A stretch of DNA of 64,000 bases from Mobula hypostoma (taxonomy: Eukaryota), in assembly GCF_963921235.1 (NCBI RefSeq), contig NC_086097.1:191334001-191398000 (forward strand), given 5' to 3'. The number at the start of each line of letters is the position of its first letter. Position 1 is the first letter of the stretch. The position numbers and the translations under genes are program-made. The notes under the pieces are model-generated. The model searched no databases. It had not been told where the DNA came from and saw only the letters and a list, made by a program, of their open reading frames with translations. Shown piece by piece: positions 35,535-50,069 of the stretch.

Positions 35535-36982
35535 GGTAAAGAAAGAGGTGGCAACATATGCTTTTTGGGCAATTCTCGTTGGTGCATGGACATTGGAGTT
35601 ATGTCATCTTCTTGTTCCCCTGACTTAGAACAGCTAGCGATTAAATGTAGATCATTCTACTTGCCTTGGGAGTTCTCATCCCTGATCCTGACCCCAGTGT
35701 ACATTCCACCAATGGCTGATTATAAGCAAGCACTCGCGAAACTTGCACAATGCTGTCTGTAAACAAGAAACCGCCTATCCCAACGTATTTCAAATTATAG
35801 TTTGCGACTTTAACCACATCTGTTTGAAGAAAACCCTGCCAAATTATCACCAGCACATAACCTGTTGCACCAGAGATCCTAACACACCAGACCACTGCTA
35901 CACTGCTATAGGGAATGACTGTTGTTCCTCCACGAGACCACATTTTGGAAAGTTGGATCATTTGGCTGTACTCCTACTGCCTTCATGTAGACAGAGCAAG
36001 GCTCCAGAGATCAAAACAACCCAAGAGGTGATTGTAGGAGTCTGAGGAACAGTTACAGGATTGCCTTGAGTCAGTGGACTGGGCCATGCTCAAGAACTCA
36101 TCTGAGGACCTGAACGACTACAGCAGGATCATTACAGACTTTATTAAAACAGCTGTGGATGAGTGTGCCACCATGAAATCGTTCAGGGCTTGCCCCATTA
36201 AGAAGCCCTGGATGAACAATGAAATCCAAACCTGCTGAGAGCCATTTCAGACGCATTTAAGTTTGGAGATCAAGAATGGTACAAGAAGTGCAGTTATGAT
36301 CTCCGGAAAGCCATCTCTTGGGCAAAGTGGAGATTCTGGACAAGACTGGAATCAATGAGGGATGCTCGATAGCTGTGGCAGTGTTTGAATGCCATAACCT
36401 CCTACAAAGTTAAACCTTGTGAGAAAGGGGACAGCAGAGCTTAGCTTTCAAATGAGCTCAATGCCTTCTATGCTCACTCTGACCACCAGAACAGGGACGA
36501 ACTATCACACACCCCCATATGGATGACGTGCAGACTGCCTTCAAGAGAGTGAATCAAAGAAAAGCATCCAGTCCAGACAGAATACCTGGCCAAGTACTGA
36601 AGACCAACAGGCTGGTGTACTCGGATATCTTCAACCTCTCACTCCAGCAGTGTATGCTACCCACCTGCTTAAAGCAGGCTTCAATCATACCGGTGTCCAG
36701 GAATAGCATGGTAACCTGTCTAATTGACTGTCGCCCAGTGACGTTTACATCCAACAGCCACAATAATGAAGTGTTTTGAGAGGCTGATGTTGAAGCATAT
36801 CAGCTCCTGTCTGATTGGTGAGTTGGATCTGCTCCAGTTCACCTACCGAAGCAACAGGTCTACAGCAGATGCCATCTCATTGGCTCTTAGCACAACTCTG
36901 GAACATCTGGACAGCAAAGATGCACACACAAGGATGCTCCTTATTGATTACAGTTTGGCATTTAACACCATTATCCCCTCAA
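35535..36982 (+). mobile_element. Rex1/Babar-type LINE endonuclease-RT fragment, decayed
   Basis: FYLPWEFS..VYIPP, DFNH, DHCY, HFGKLDH and YRSNRSTADAI..LIDYSLAFNTIIP. Confidence 0.88.
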
Positions 36983-39900
36983 TCTATAAGCAAAGATTCT
37001 TTCATTATACTACTCCTTCAGTATCCTTACCTTGCTCAGAAAGATGCTGGAGGAATTTTGTCTGCATTCGTCGTTGAATGAATGTAAACAAGATTTAATG
37101 AATGTTTACACTTCTGATTCTGCTTTATTCTCAAATGATTCAGATTTACTCAGTTATTTATCATATGTATATGGAAACATCTGTAATATGTGTTAACAAC
37201 CAACACAACCTCAGGATCTCAGATGGTTATGAGAGTATGGAACGAGATGCCAGCATAAGTGGTGCATATGAGCTCGATTTCAATGTTTAACTGAAGGTAA
37301 GATTTGTTTTATAGACGGTCGGGATAGGGAGGGCTATGGTCCCGGTGCAGTTTGATGGGAGTAGGCAATTTAAATGGTTTCAGCATGGACTAGATGGACT
37401 TAAGGGCCTGTTTCTGTGCTGTTCTATGACTCTACAACTGTGTCTGTTGGAGTAGCCTGCAAGTGTCACAACACGTTCTAGAGGTAACATAGCATGCCCA
37501 CAGAATACAACAAAATGGAGTGCAGCAAGCAACAAAACAACAGCAAAACAAGCCTCCTTCCTCTCTCCTACTCACACACACACAGGCAGGCCTCCAGTGC
37601 ACATGTGAATTTGCAGATAAAAGGCTTCCAACTTCCCCAGTGGTCTTTAAACTGGTAGATCCAGAGCTTCAACTTCTAGACTTCCGATCAACCTTCAGGC
37701 TTCATTATCAGCCCCAGGACTAGCCGATGATGGAATCCTAAACTTCAGTTCTTGAACTCCAGAATCACTGATGAATGGACACCAAACTTCAGGCCTCAAA
37801 TTCTGGACTCACAGACCTGCATACCAAGGAGGTCATGCTTCTTGCTTGCATGGACATATGACCCCGGTACCCCCCGACCCACTGACCTGGTAGACCGCTA
37901 GTCCTTATTCTCATTGTTCCCCGTCCACCACGCTTGCCTGCCTGACATCCACAGATGCCCTTTGTCACACATCCATGTCGCTAGCCTTTGAGTGTGGAGT
38001 GGAGCCCTCAAACTGGATGTCCATTCTATGTCTACTTCGCTCACTTTCAAGTGTGGAGCACAGACCCAAAGCCTAGACTCTGGATGTCCTTCATCATCTG
38101 TCCATATTGATTGCCTTTGAACACAGAGCACAGAGATGAGGCCTGGACTCTGGCCTGATACCTAACTCCTGCACATCCCTGTCCTTAAACCCTAATCTAA
38201 TTCATAACTGCCCTTTCAGTTCCTAAAACCATCCATGCAAGCTTAAAAAACAACCAAGTCTCAGCCTTGACCTCAATGGAGACTGCAACTCTGTGCCATC
38301 TTTACCTTTTACTTGAGTTGTAAAACTACAGTAACAACATCAATGCTGGCACTACAACCTCCAATCCCTTCTTTCCATGCACTTACCTCAGTATACTTAT
38401 AATAATCTGCCAAAATTACAATGATTTTTTTTCTAATGAACGATTAGTTTATTTCATGTTTATAACAGTACTTGTGCTTTGGAATACAAACTGTTGGGTA
38501 CTATCCATTGTTTCCACAGCTTTCTTTAGCTTATCAATCATGTTTATATAATTTTATTCATAAACTGCAATCATGCTTGTTGACTCTCAAGTTAATTATC
38601 ACCTGATTATCATCACTCAAGAAATTCAGCTTGGGTTATGTTATCATATCTGTGTTCCAACCTCACATTCGTTTTAATTTAATTCACTGGATAATAGAGA
38701 TATTTTAAGGTACATTTCATATGATAATTATATGTCTTTCTGTGCAAAACCCATTTCACTACTCCTGCCTCCCAGCCCTTTGATGTGTGCCATACTTATC
38801 TTGTTTGATTGCTCTAAGCCCCAAGAAGGAACAGAACCAAACTTCCACAAGCACTTGCCACTCTGTGGTCCATTTACTGTCCATCATATTTATGTCTCTA
38901 GATTGAAGATTTCTCAAATGTTTCCTTCAGTTCACAGCTTGTTTTAAAAGTTCATTAAAAACATCCATGATTCCCTAAGCATAGTGGGAAATGAAAGCTC
39001 AATCAAATCTTTTTGTTTGTGTGAACCTCACAAATTTCTCTTTAAAGTAAAGCAATGCCTTTATAATGTTCCTTTAGTTTGAATTAAATCTACTCTTACT
39101 GCAGGTTTGCCTGCATGAACCCATGGGTAGGCACCCGTGATTACATAAACCTGATATGTTTCATTTTCCCTTTAATAATGAGCAACAAAAAGAAAAGTCA
39201 AACATCCAAAATAACTAATATAGTCTTTATTAGTTTAGGCACAAACCCCTACAGGCATTTGATTTGAGCCATTTTCCTTTCACATCTCTCCATGTACTCT
39301 CTCAAATACAAGAAACCTTGTTTTCCCATGACCTTGTATGATTTTGAGTGCAATGTGTGCATGCCAAGTCTCCACAGTATTCTTCGCTATATCTGGTGTT
39401 AGTCTGATGTGAACTTTACCATCACCTTTTATCCAGCCCTGAGGCTGGTGTCTGGGACTACTGTTACAGAAGTGAGCTTGTCTTAATTTGATACCTCCAT
39501 TTTTTTATCTGCTCTTGTTCTGCTTTCCCTGTCCTGTGAATAACCTTAAAAAGTTCCTTTATGATTTGCCTATCTGACAATGTTGCTTGTACTGAATTAG
39601 TCTTCATAATCCCATCTTGGTGGGGCTTTGTTCATCACAATGCTGAACCGTAACAATTCCAAGTAAATACAGGTGTGATCTCTCCACTATTACAAAATCC
39701 ACTTCATCTCTCTTTGGTCATCAGCTTCAGTGAGTATCTTCCAAAAGGCTTATTCTTTGACAGCATTTAACTTGCTAGTTATAACAGTACCAGCATGAGA
39801 TTGATGACTTGCTTTTAGAGTACATTATACATCTCTCTTGAGACCAATTGAAATGTGATTGGTTGTCCTTGCAGCTGCATCTTCATGCCAATTCATCAAC

Positions 39901-40384
39901 TGTCTGTTATTTTCATAGAAATTACCTCATTTTGCTTGCTACGTAAGACGTAACATAGGTCATTTGTCCCCTCATGTCTGCCATAGCATTTGATATGAAT
40001 TCAGCTAATCCTTTACTGTGTCTTTCAACCAGTACGCTGAGGATGATTCCATGTTTGTCCCTGTAAGGCTCATCTTATCCAGCCCATTGACTTCTTATTT
40101 CCTTTTTATTATACATTTCTGTAGAAATTATTTTCCAATCCTGGTTGCCATAGGGAAGATATTTCATGTTGCCTTCCACAATATTTGTGACATTAAGCAA
40201 TCCTAACTGTGGTTTCTCTGTCCTCAATTTTGTGTCAAATGCCTTGACAAGAAATTCCTTTTGTTGGGCACTCAACATTTCTGCTGCTTCACCTGTTAAA
40301 TGTTAACTCTGTCTCATGTAGTAACAGGCACATTCAAGGATTCCACAAATCAGGTGACCTCTGATAATCAAATCTTTCAATCAA

Positions 40385-42230
40385 AGAAGAATCTGAATCA
40401 GAATCAAGTTTATGCTGTGATGTACATTGTGGAATTTGTTGATTCGTGTAGCAATACAATGCAAGACCTAAAAATAACTAAAATTAAAATAAATAAACAG
40501 ATAGATAGACAGACAGATAATTAATAATGCGAAAGAGGAGTAGCAAGTTACAGTTCATTGTTTCATGGATCATTCAGAAATCTGTTGCTGGTGGGGAATA
40601 TTTCTAAAATATTGAGTGTGGGCTGCAGACTCCTGTGCCTCCACTCCAATGGTAGTAATGTCCCATATGGTGAGGGTCCTTAATGACAGATACTGCCTTC
40701 TTGCAACACTGACTTTTGAAGATGTCTTCGATGATGAAGAGGCTTGTGTCCATGATGGTGCTGGTTGAGTTTACAACCCTTTGCAGCCTCTTACATTCCT
40801 GTGCATTGCAGTTTCCATACCAAGTGGTGATGTCACCTGTCAGAATTCTTTGCACCAAATCTCCTCATACTCCTAATAAAGTATATTTGCTGGCCTGCCT
40901 TCTTCATGATTACTTCAAAGTGTTTTGTCAGGATCGATCCTCTGAGATGTTGATGCCCAAGAACTTAAACTTTCTCATCCTTTCCATTGCTGACCCCTCA
41001 ATGAGGACTGGTATTGGTATTTCTGCCTTCCACTTCCTGAAGTCCACAATCAATTCCTTGATCTTGCTGACATTGGGTGTAAGGTTGTTATGACACCATT
41101 CATTCTTACACATCTCCTCATTGCCATCTGAAACTCTGCTCACAACAGAGACGACACTTGAGGTATGTCTAGCCACATAGTCAAGAACATAAAGAGAGTA
41201 GAGCAGTAAGCTTAGCATGCATTTTGAAGGTGTGCCTGTGTTGACTGTCAGCAAGGAGGGGATGTTATTATCAATCCACACTATCTGGTCTCTCGATGAA
41301 GAAATCAAGGATCCTGTTGCAAAGGAAGGTACAGAGGCCCAGATCCTGAAGCCATTCAAATAGCACTAAAAGGATGATGGTGTTGAACACCAATCTGTAA
41401 TAGATAAACAGAAGCTTGGCATATGTATTGCTATTTTACAGGTGCCCCAAAACCAAATGGAAAGACAGCGAGACTGTTTTCGCTGTAGACCTATTGTGGC
41501 AGGAGGCAAATAGTACTGGGTCCAGGTCCTTGCTTAAGCAGGAGTTAAATTCTAGCCATGACCAAACTCTCAAAACGCTTATCATAGTAGATGACAGTGC
41601 TACTGGACGATAGTTGTTGATGCAACTCACCCTGCTTTTCTCGGGTAACAATATGATTAATGCCCTGGACTTTGTGTAATTTGGACCTAAGTATCTGGAC
41701 CTTGTGTAAAGTTCCGAATTGCTATTCTTGAACCCTACGGATCTAGCCTTCAGCAGACTGTAAATCTCCTGGTTCCTCTAGAGATTCTGGTTTATGTATG
41801 CCCAGTATGTTGTCAAAGATACACACTCATCCATTCATTTATACAGTTGGTGATGAGTGTTACATATTCATTCAGATCTGAAGATGAATCCATGAATATG
41901 GTCCAGTATGCTAATTCAAATCAGTCTTGTAAGTATTCCTTTGCTTTCCGACACCACACCTCACAGTTCTCTGCTGTCCTCAGTCTCTGTCTATAGGCCA
42001 GGAGTAAAAACACAACAAAGTGATTGGACTTATCAAAGTGCAGGCATGGGACAGCATGGTAAATGTTCCTGATGGAATGTGTTGCCCCTCTTGTTGCACA
42101 GGTGACATGCTGGTGGTACTTTGTCAGGGACTTCTCAAGCTGGCCCGGCAGAAGTACCCCACAATGGTAAGGAGGGCATTAGGGTGTGCTGTCTCGAGAC
42201 TTCTGATCACACTGCTCAGCTCCTCCAGTG
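40385..42230 (-). mobile_element. Decayed Rex1/Babar-type LINE
   Basis: NYRPVALSS, NRSTA, NTGTP..MLS.LLYSLY, KELIVDFRK and TTWYGNC, with a (ctgatt)n tail at ~40390. Confidence 0.82.
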
Positions 42231-42615
42231 CCAGGGTGGAGTGTTGTTAAGGATCCCAACCATACAGCCCACAATCTCTTCGACCCACTCCCCTCAGGAA
42301 GGAGGTACAGGAGCATCAGGACTAGAACAGCTAAACTGAGTTACAGCTTCTTCCTTCAGATTCTGAGACTAATTAATGTCCTGCCTCCAATGAGGTCTCG
42401 GCATGAGGACAGTGAGCTGCTTACTGTACAGTTTACTGTTTACCTGTGCTGTGCTCCACATACACTTGGATTATCCTCTATTAATTTATTTGTGGTAATA
42501 TTTTTGTGCTGTGTGCAATACGTGTTTTGTAGATCCACCATGGTCTGGAGAAACATTGTTTTGTTTAGTTGTACCTATGTACAGTCAGATGACAATAAAC
42601 TTGATCTTGAATTTA
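42230..42615 (+). mobile_element. Rex1/Babar-type LINE 3' end
   Basis: VKDPNH.AHNLFDPLPSGRRYRSIRTRT.KL..SFF, then AATAAA and a cttga tail. Confidence 0.8.
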
Positions 42616-43609
42616 AGTTGCAACTAGAATGACAGCAAAGAAATCCCACAGCAGATATGGTGGACAACATGTGACCACCAGATGTTCCAGGTCAGGAGAA
42701 GCAGGACTGAGACAGAGCCATCACATCTGGACACCACCAAAATGCAAACATCGCTGCCTCTGTGCTGGATGTTGAAACCTTTGGACTGACGTGCTGTGTC
42801 CAGAGTGCAGAAGGTGAGCCACACCTTTATGAAGCTAGTTTCAATGTCCTTCAGCTACTCCAGTCTCGCTCTGAAGTCTTCAATTTTATTTTCCAGAGAC
42901 AGTATATTAGTTAGAAAGCTGCAGTTATTAAAACATATTGAACTGAACCAAGAGCAGGTCATTTGCTAACATCTTTGCTCCATGAAGAAAGTATCAAAGA
43001 CCATGTTCCTCACTGTATGTGGGAAAAAAAATTGATCAAGTGTTTCGAGATGGTTTGCCATGTTCCTGTGATGTATTCAATGGATTCTCCAGGGCCTCCT
43101 TTGAATCTGTATAAAATTGTTCAATTTACTCCCTTTGTGCTGATGAGATGTGAGCATTATCCTTACTTTCATCTGTACTTTATTTTCTGATATAGCTCTC
43201 TCAGAGTGGATGATAAACTTTTCCTCCATTATTTCTATTCTTTTGAGAAAATAATTGCCTGGAATCCCAGTGGCTGAGATGTCTTCACATTGTCCATTCA
43301 TACCATCTCGGATGAATCACACAGCTTACTGTTTCTCAATGCTTTTTCAAATATTATTTCAATTGGACGTCATGGTGTTCAGTGATAAACCAAAGGTTTA
43401 CACTAACAATCTAGAGACCTGACTTCAAACCCAATCATCATAGCAGAAGAATATAAATTCAGCTGGTAAAATGAAATTTCAATAAAACTGTCTATTAGTA
43501 ATGATGGCTATGAAACAACTGAATTGTAATAAAGATCCATCTGGTTAATTAATGTTCATCAGGAGTTGAAATCCATTATGCTTAGACTGATCTGTATGTG
43601 ACTTCTGGC

Positions 43610-44537
43610 CATAAGAACATAAGATATAGGATCAGAATTAGGCCATTTGGCCCATTGAGTCTGATCCACCATTTCATCATGGCTGATCCAATTTTCTTCT
43701 CACCCCAATCTCCTACCTTCTCCTTGTATTCCTTCATGCCCTGAACAATCAAGAATCTATCAACTTCTATCTTAAATATACATAAAGACTTAGCCTCTAC
43801 AGTTGCCTGTGGCAAAGAATTCCATAGATTTGCCATTTTTTAGCAAAAGAAATTCCTCCTCATCTCCATTCTAAAAGGATGCCTTCCTTCTGAAGCTGTC
43901 TCCTCTGGTCATAGAATCTCCCACCATAAGAAACATCCTCCTCACATCCACTGTCTCAAGGCCTTTCACCATTTGATAGGTTTAATGAGGTCACCCCTCA
44001 TTCCTCTGAATTCTAGTGAATACAGACCCAGAAACATCAAACACTCTTCATATGACAAGCCATTCAATGCTGGAATCATTTCCACAAATCTCCTTTGAAC
44101 TCTCTCTAGTTTCAGCAGATCCTTTCAAAGATAAGCAGCCCAAAACTGCTCACAATACTCCAAGTAAGGCCTCACTAGTGCTTTATAAAGTCTCAAGGTT
44201 ACATCCTTGCTTTTATATTCGAGTCCTCTTGAAATAAATGCTAACATCGCCTTTCCCTTCCTCATCACAGACTCAACCTGCAAATTAACCTTTAGGAAAG
44301 CCTGCACAAGGACTCTCAAGTCCCTTTGCACCATAGCTTTTATAGTTTCTCTCCATTTAGAAAATAGTCAACCCTTTCATTTCCTCGACCAAAGTGCATG
44401 GGTCCTGACAACATATTCCATCTGCAACATCTTTGCCTATTCTTCTAATTTGTTTTTGTCCTTCTGTAGCCTCACTACTTCCTCAAAACTACCTGTCCCT
44501 CTACTATCTTCATATCATTTGCAAAATTTGCAACAAT
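43610..44537 (-). mobile_element. CR1 3' fragment
   Basis: RLYKALVRPYLEYCEQFWAAYL; cataagaacataag tail. Confidence 0.9.
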
Positions 44538-44715
44538 ATGGCTGAAATGGAAGCAATTCTGTTAGAGGCAGTTGGGGTTAGGCAATAAATACTAGCTTTG
44601 CTTTTCCATTCCAATATACTGAAAAATAAATAAAAGTGATGAATCGCATCTGGTTCTCAGATTTTGGGTTCAGACACAGAGCCTGAATTTTATAGTTTTA
44701 ATAGCCACAATTTCT

Positions 44716-47700
44716 CTATACTTCATACTTGATTGTCGCCAAATAATTGATACTAGAACGTACAATCATCACAGGGATATTTGATTCTGTTCTTCCCGCT
44801 CCCTGGATTACAAATATTAAATATTTAAAATATTAAAAACAGTAAAAATGAGTAAATATTAAAAATCTAAATTATAAATCATAAATAGAAAATAGAAAAA
44901 TGGAATGTAAGGTAGTGCAAAAAAACCGAGGGGCAGGTCTGGATATTTGCAGGGTACAGCCCAGATCCAGGTCAGGATCCGTTCACAGTTGGAAAGAAAC
45001 TGTTCCCAAATCTGGCCGTACGACTCTTCAAGCTCCCGAGCCTTCTCCTGGCGGGAAGAGGGATGAAAAGTGTTTTGGCTGGGTGGGTCGTGTCCTTGAT
45101 TATCCTGGGAGATCCGCTTCGACAGCGTGCAGTGTAAAGTGAGTCCAAGGATGGAAGATTGGTTTGTGTGATGTGCTGCGCCATGTTCACGATCTTCTGC
45201 AGCTTCTTTTGGTCTTGGATAGGACAGCTTCCATACCAGGCTGTGATGCACCCTAGAAGAATGCTTTCTATGGTACATCTATAAAAATTAGTGAGGGTTT
45301 TAGGGGACAGGCCAAATTTCTTTAGTTTTCTCAGGAAGTAAAGGTGCTGGTGGGCCTTCTTGGCAGTGAACTCTGCTTGGTTGGACCAAGTCAGGTCATT
45401 TGTGATATTGACCCCGAGAAACTTAAAGTTTTTGCCCTGTTCCACTTGCGCACCACCGATGTAAATGGGGTCGTGCGGTCCGCTACTCCTTCTGTAGTCA
45501 ACAACCAATTCCTTCATCTTGCTGACATTGAGGGATAGGTTATTGTCTTCGCACCATGCCACCAGGTTCTTAATTTCCTCTCTGTACTCAAACTCATCAT
45601 TACCCGAGATACAGCCTACAATTGTTGTGTCATCAGCAAACTTATATATTGATTTTGATGGAAACTTGGCTACACAATCATGGGTGTACAGTGAGTACAG
45701 CAGGGGGCTGAGTACGCAGCCTTGTGGGGCACTGGGGCTCAGAGTGATTGTAGGGGAGAGCTTGTCCCTTATTTTTACAGCCTGGGTCCTGTCTGTGAGG
45801 AAGTTGAAGATCCAGCTGCAGATCTGAGTGCTAAGGCCCAGGTTCCAGAGCTTAGGAATCAGTTTATTTGGAATGATGGTATTAAAGGCCTGTAGTCAAT
45901 GAAAAGGAGCCTTACGTATGCGTCTCTATTCTTCAGGTGTTCTAAGGAGGAATGTAGGGCCCGGAGAGATGGCATCTGCCGTTGACCTGTTGCTCCCGTA
46001 GGCGAATTGCAAAGCGCCGAAGTTGACCGGAAGGCTGTGGGTGATTTGTGCCATAACCAATCTCTCGAAGCACTTCATAGCAATTGATGTCAGAGTCACA
46101 GGTCAATGGTCATTCAGTCGTGCCACCTTGCTCTTTTTCGGCACTGGGATTATCGTTGCCTTCTTAAAACACAAGCAGATCTTAGACTGAAGCAAGGAGC
46201 AGTTGAAGATGCCAGCAAATACTCCAGCTAGCTCGCTTGCACAGGCCCGGAGAACCTGTCCTGGTATGCCATCTGGGCCCGTCGCCTTCCTTAGATTTAT
46301 CTTCAGGAAGGCCCTTCTAGCATCCTCCTTGGTGACAATGAATCTCGATGCCACCAGGTCTGGTTCATCCGGAGGGAGTGGGATGCCCCTCTTCTGTTCA
46401 AATCTTGTGTAGAATACATTAAGTTTGTCAGGAAGAGAAGTGCCACAGTTATTGATATTCCCAGCCTTTTCTTTGCGTCCAGTGATCTCATTTAGACCCT
46501 GCCATAGCCCTCTGGTTAGCCTGGGCTTCCAACTTAGCTTGATATTGCCTCTTGGCGCCCTTAATTGCTTTCCAGAGTTCACGCCTGGATTCTGTGTAGC
46601 GACTGGTATCCCCAGACCTAAAAGCCGCAGCTCTAGCCTTTAAAAGGGACTTGACCTTATAATTCATCCAAGGTTTCCAGTTAGGGAATACCCAGATCGT
46701 CTTGTGAGACACACAGTCCTCCGTGCATTTCCAAATAATGTCCATGACAGCTGAGGCATACTCATCGAGGTTAGCTGCCGAGTCCTTGAATACTAACCAG
46801 TCCACCAATTCAAAGCAGTCACGGAGGACCTCATTCATTTCCTCCGTCCAACACGACACTACTTTTGACACCGTGACCTCCCGCTTCAGTTTCTGTTTGT
46901 AAGCCGGGAGGAGGAGTATGGCCTGATGGTCCGATTCTCCGAAGTGAGGTCGTGGGACGGAACGGTAGGCATCTTTGACTGTTGTGTAGCATATCCGGGC
47001 CTCTAGTGGAGCAGGAGACATGTTGGTATAACTTTGGCATTGCCTTTCTGAGGTTGGCCTGGTTAAAGTCCCCGGTTGTAATGAGCAAAGCCTCCAGTTA
47101 CCTGGTCTCAAGTTCACTGATGTTGGCATACAGTATGTTCAGAGCACACTCCACGTCTGCCTGGGGGAGAATGTAGACTGCTGTCAATATGACCAAAGTG
47201 AATTCCCGTGATTATTCCCATATTAGGGATGACACTTCACCGACAGGTGTTCCAGGTCCGGGCTGCAGGAGCTTATCAGTGCCACTGTGTCCGAGCAGCA
47301 TGCAGTGTTGATCAGTAGGCAAACACCACCTCCCCTCATTTTACCCGAAGAGACCGTGTGGTCCATCCGATGGATCGAAAATCCCTCCAGTCAGACGGCA
47401 TAGTCGGGGGTGGCAGGGGAGAGCCAGGTCTCAGTGAAACAGAATACACAACAGTTCTGCATCTTCCTGCAGTATCACCTTGTTCTCTATGGCTTGCACA
47501 TTAGCTAGTAGGATGGTGGGCATAGGGACCCCGAATCCCCTCACCTTCAATCTGACAAGTAGCCCAGCTCTTTTCCCATGCTTCCTCGGTAAATAGTGCG
47601 TCTTTCTGGGTTTCCATCGATGCAGTGTGTTGTTGTCAGTTCTTTGAGGTTGATGGATGCATCCCACGGGGATCGATCAGCGGGTCGCGTTGTCAGACAC

Positions 47701-48318
47701 TCCGGGTCAGGCCAAGTATCGGGGGAGGCTCTGCTGCCACTTCCAGCTGCTGGGGGCCCAGGCTGTCGATTGGGTCGGGCCCCAAAGCCGACAGTTAATC
47801 CAGGATGGCTGGGTTCCTGGCTGAAACAAGTCCTTAAGCCGAGTCATGGTTGCAGAGGCCTCCGGTTCAGCCGAGCCTCGGGCTCGATTTCTGAGGTCGG
47901 CAGCGGAGGCCTCACTTCCGGCAGCTGTGGATGGCCACCAACAGGGCTTTAGGATGGTCGCTCTGGGGAAGCGTCTGGGGCACTTTGAAGTCTCCGCCGT
48001 CTCTTCTGTGTGGTCATCTGCTCCGGAGAGGTGCTGGTCGGAATGGGCTGGGTCTCCAAGCGCTCTAGCGCGGTAGCAGACCGCGGGTCTCCGGGAACGT
48101 GGTGGGCCTTGCTGGTCAGTTCCAGGTGCAGTCCAGAGTCGAAGAAGCAATTCTGGTGCGGTGATCTCCAGCTGGATCAGTAGCTTCGCCAGGGCGTGGT
48201 TGATCTTGCTAGATGTAGCAGATTGGAGGTTTAGAAGGGTTTCTCGGGTATAGGATAGTGGAGAGGGCAGTTTGCTCGGGAGAGCCCGTGCAAAGTCGCC
48301 AGTTACCGGCGCCATCTT
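44716..48318 (-). mobile_element. Near full-length Rex1/Babar-type LINE (frameshifted)
   Basis: 5' end [76 protein letters not shown]-terminal [18 protein letters not shown]; (aagtat)n tail. Confidence 0.92.
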
Positions 48319-48879
48319 TCTTTCATATATGTCACATTCTCGCAATAAGATATGGAGGATAGATGCTAATTTAAACTAGCAGAGTCCATATTAAACAAAA
48401 GGCTTCACAATAACAAGCAAAAGTCCTACGTGACCACTAACACACAGGCAAACTGATTTTTTCTTATCTACACTAAAGTCTTTACATCAACATACAGAGA
48501 ACACCTAAGTTATAATTCGTAAAGGGTTACAAACCCAATTTTGATAGTTGAAATACATCAAGTAACACAAGTAAATTGACTGAAAAGCTCACGAACAGTA
48601 AAACAGTTCATCATATCTTTTCTCACAATCATTTAAAATCCATACATAAAAACGACTTTACTGTGATCCATATCCTTGAAACAATTCCTATGACTGGGTC
48701 ATCGACATAGAGCTTTATTTTCAGCTTTTCATATAATGGAATTTTTGCTGAATATTCTGAAGTATTTTGAACTCTCATAAACTCAAATGTGCTGCAGATA
48801 GCAGATCATCAATAAGCATGCTTCAGCAGTCTCCCATTGATTTAAATGCGTGCACTCTTGAATATTAAAGCAAAAATCT

Positions 48880-49530
48880 CAGGCTGAGTTAATGGTAAGG
48901 AAGGCAATTGTAATGTTTGCATTCATTTTGAGAGGACCAAAATATAAAAACAAGGATGTAATGCTGAGGCTTTATAAAGCACTGGTCAGATCACACTAAG
49001 AGTATTGTGAACAGTTTTGGGCCCATTATCTAAGAAAAGACGAGTTGCCTTTGGAGAGAGTTCAGAGGGAGTTAACACCAATGATTCTGGGAAAGAAAAG
49101 GATATTGTATAAAGTACATTTAATGGCTCTGGGCCTGTGCACTCTAGAATTTAGAAGAATAAAGGGAAATCTCATTAAAACTATCGGATATTGAAAGGCC
49201 TACATAGAGTGGATGTGGAGAGAGTGCTTCCTGTAGTGGGTGAATCCAGGACCAGTGGGCACATCCTCAAAATTGAGGCAAATCCATTTAGAACAGAGAT
49301 GAATGAGGAAGATTTTCTTTTGCCAAAGGGCAATGAATTGGTTAATTGCCACAGACAGCTGGAGAGTCCATGTCATTGAGTATATTTCAGGCCAATGTTG
49401 ATAGTTTCTTGATTAGTCAGGGTGTCAAAGATTACAAGGAGAAGGCGGGAAAATGGTTTGGTGAGGGATTATTTCTCAGCCATGATGGAATGGCAAAGCA
49501 GACCTGATGCTCTGAATGGCCTAATTCTGC
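48880..49530 (+). mobile_element. CR1 3' fragment
   Basis: MLRLYKALVR..EYCEQFWA remnants and CR1 3' UTR. Confidence 0.85.
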
Positions 49531-50069
49531 CAGCATCTTACATACCACCACCTGCCATCATTTTCCCCTTATCTCAGTCTGCAAACATCCAGTCCTTTCC
49601 CCCAGCTACTGCTTCCCCTCTCCTCTACCAAAAATCACTATTGAGTTTTGATGGACTCTGGTGAACTAAAGTTGGTTCTCACCAGCAACTGTAAATTCTA
49701 ATGCATGTAAATTATTCCATTTGATATATAAGAAATGGATAATAATGGCAAAATTTCAGATAAACTTGTCATAATTTTATAAAAGCTATATTTAATTAAA
49801 TATAAATACTTAATTAAATTTAAATATATTAACTCAGCAGGCCACCCATTTCACGGTCTTTCGATTAAATAAAACAGGGATTGATGAATATGTTGGTTTG
49901 ATTTTAAATGTGTCTTTCATTGTTACCAGAGTAATGTAAATTATCTCTAACATATTTTTAATCTTACCTTCACAGAACAATCGAAATTCAAATCTATGCA
50001 TAAACATTTTTTTGATTCAAATAATTACCACTGGAAATTTGCTGGGATGTTCTTCACAGCACAAGAGGT

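Noticed and set aside
42860..42920. Minus-strand exon-like segment FLTNILSLENKIEDFRARLE
   Set aside because: Resembles the Rex1-type endonuclease start (LANVQ.LENK); a TE remnant.
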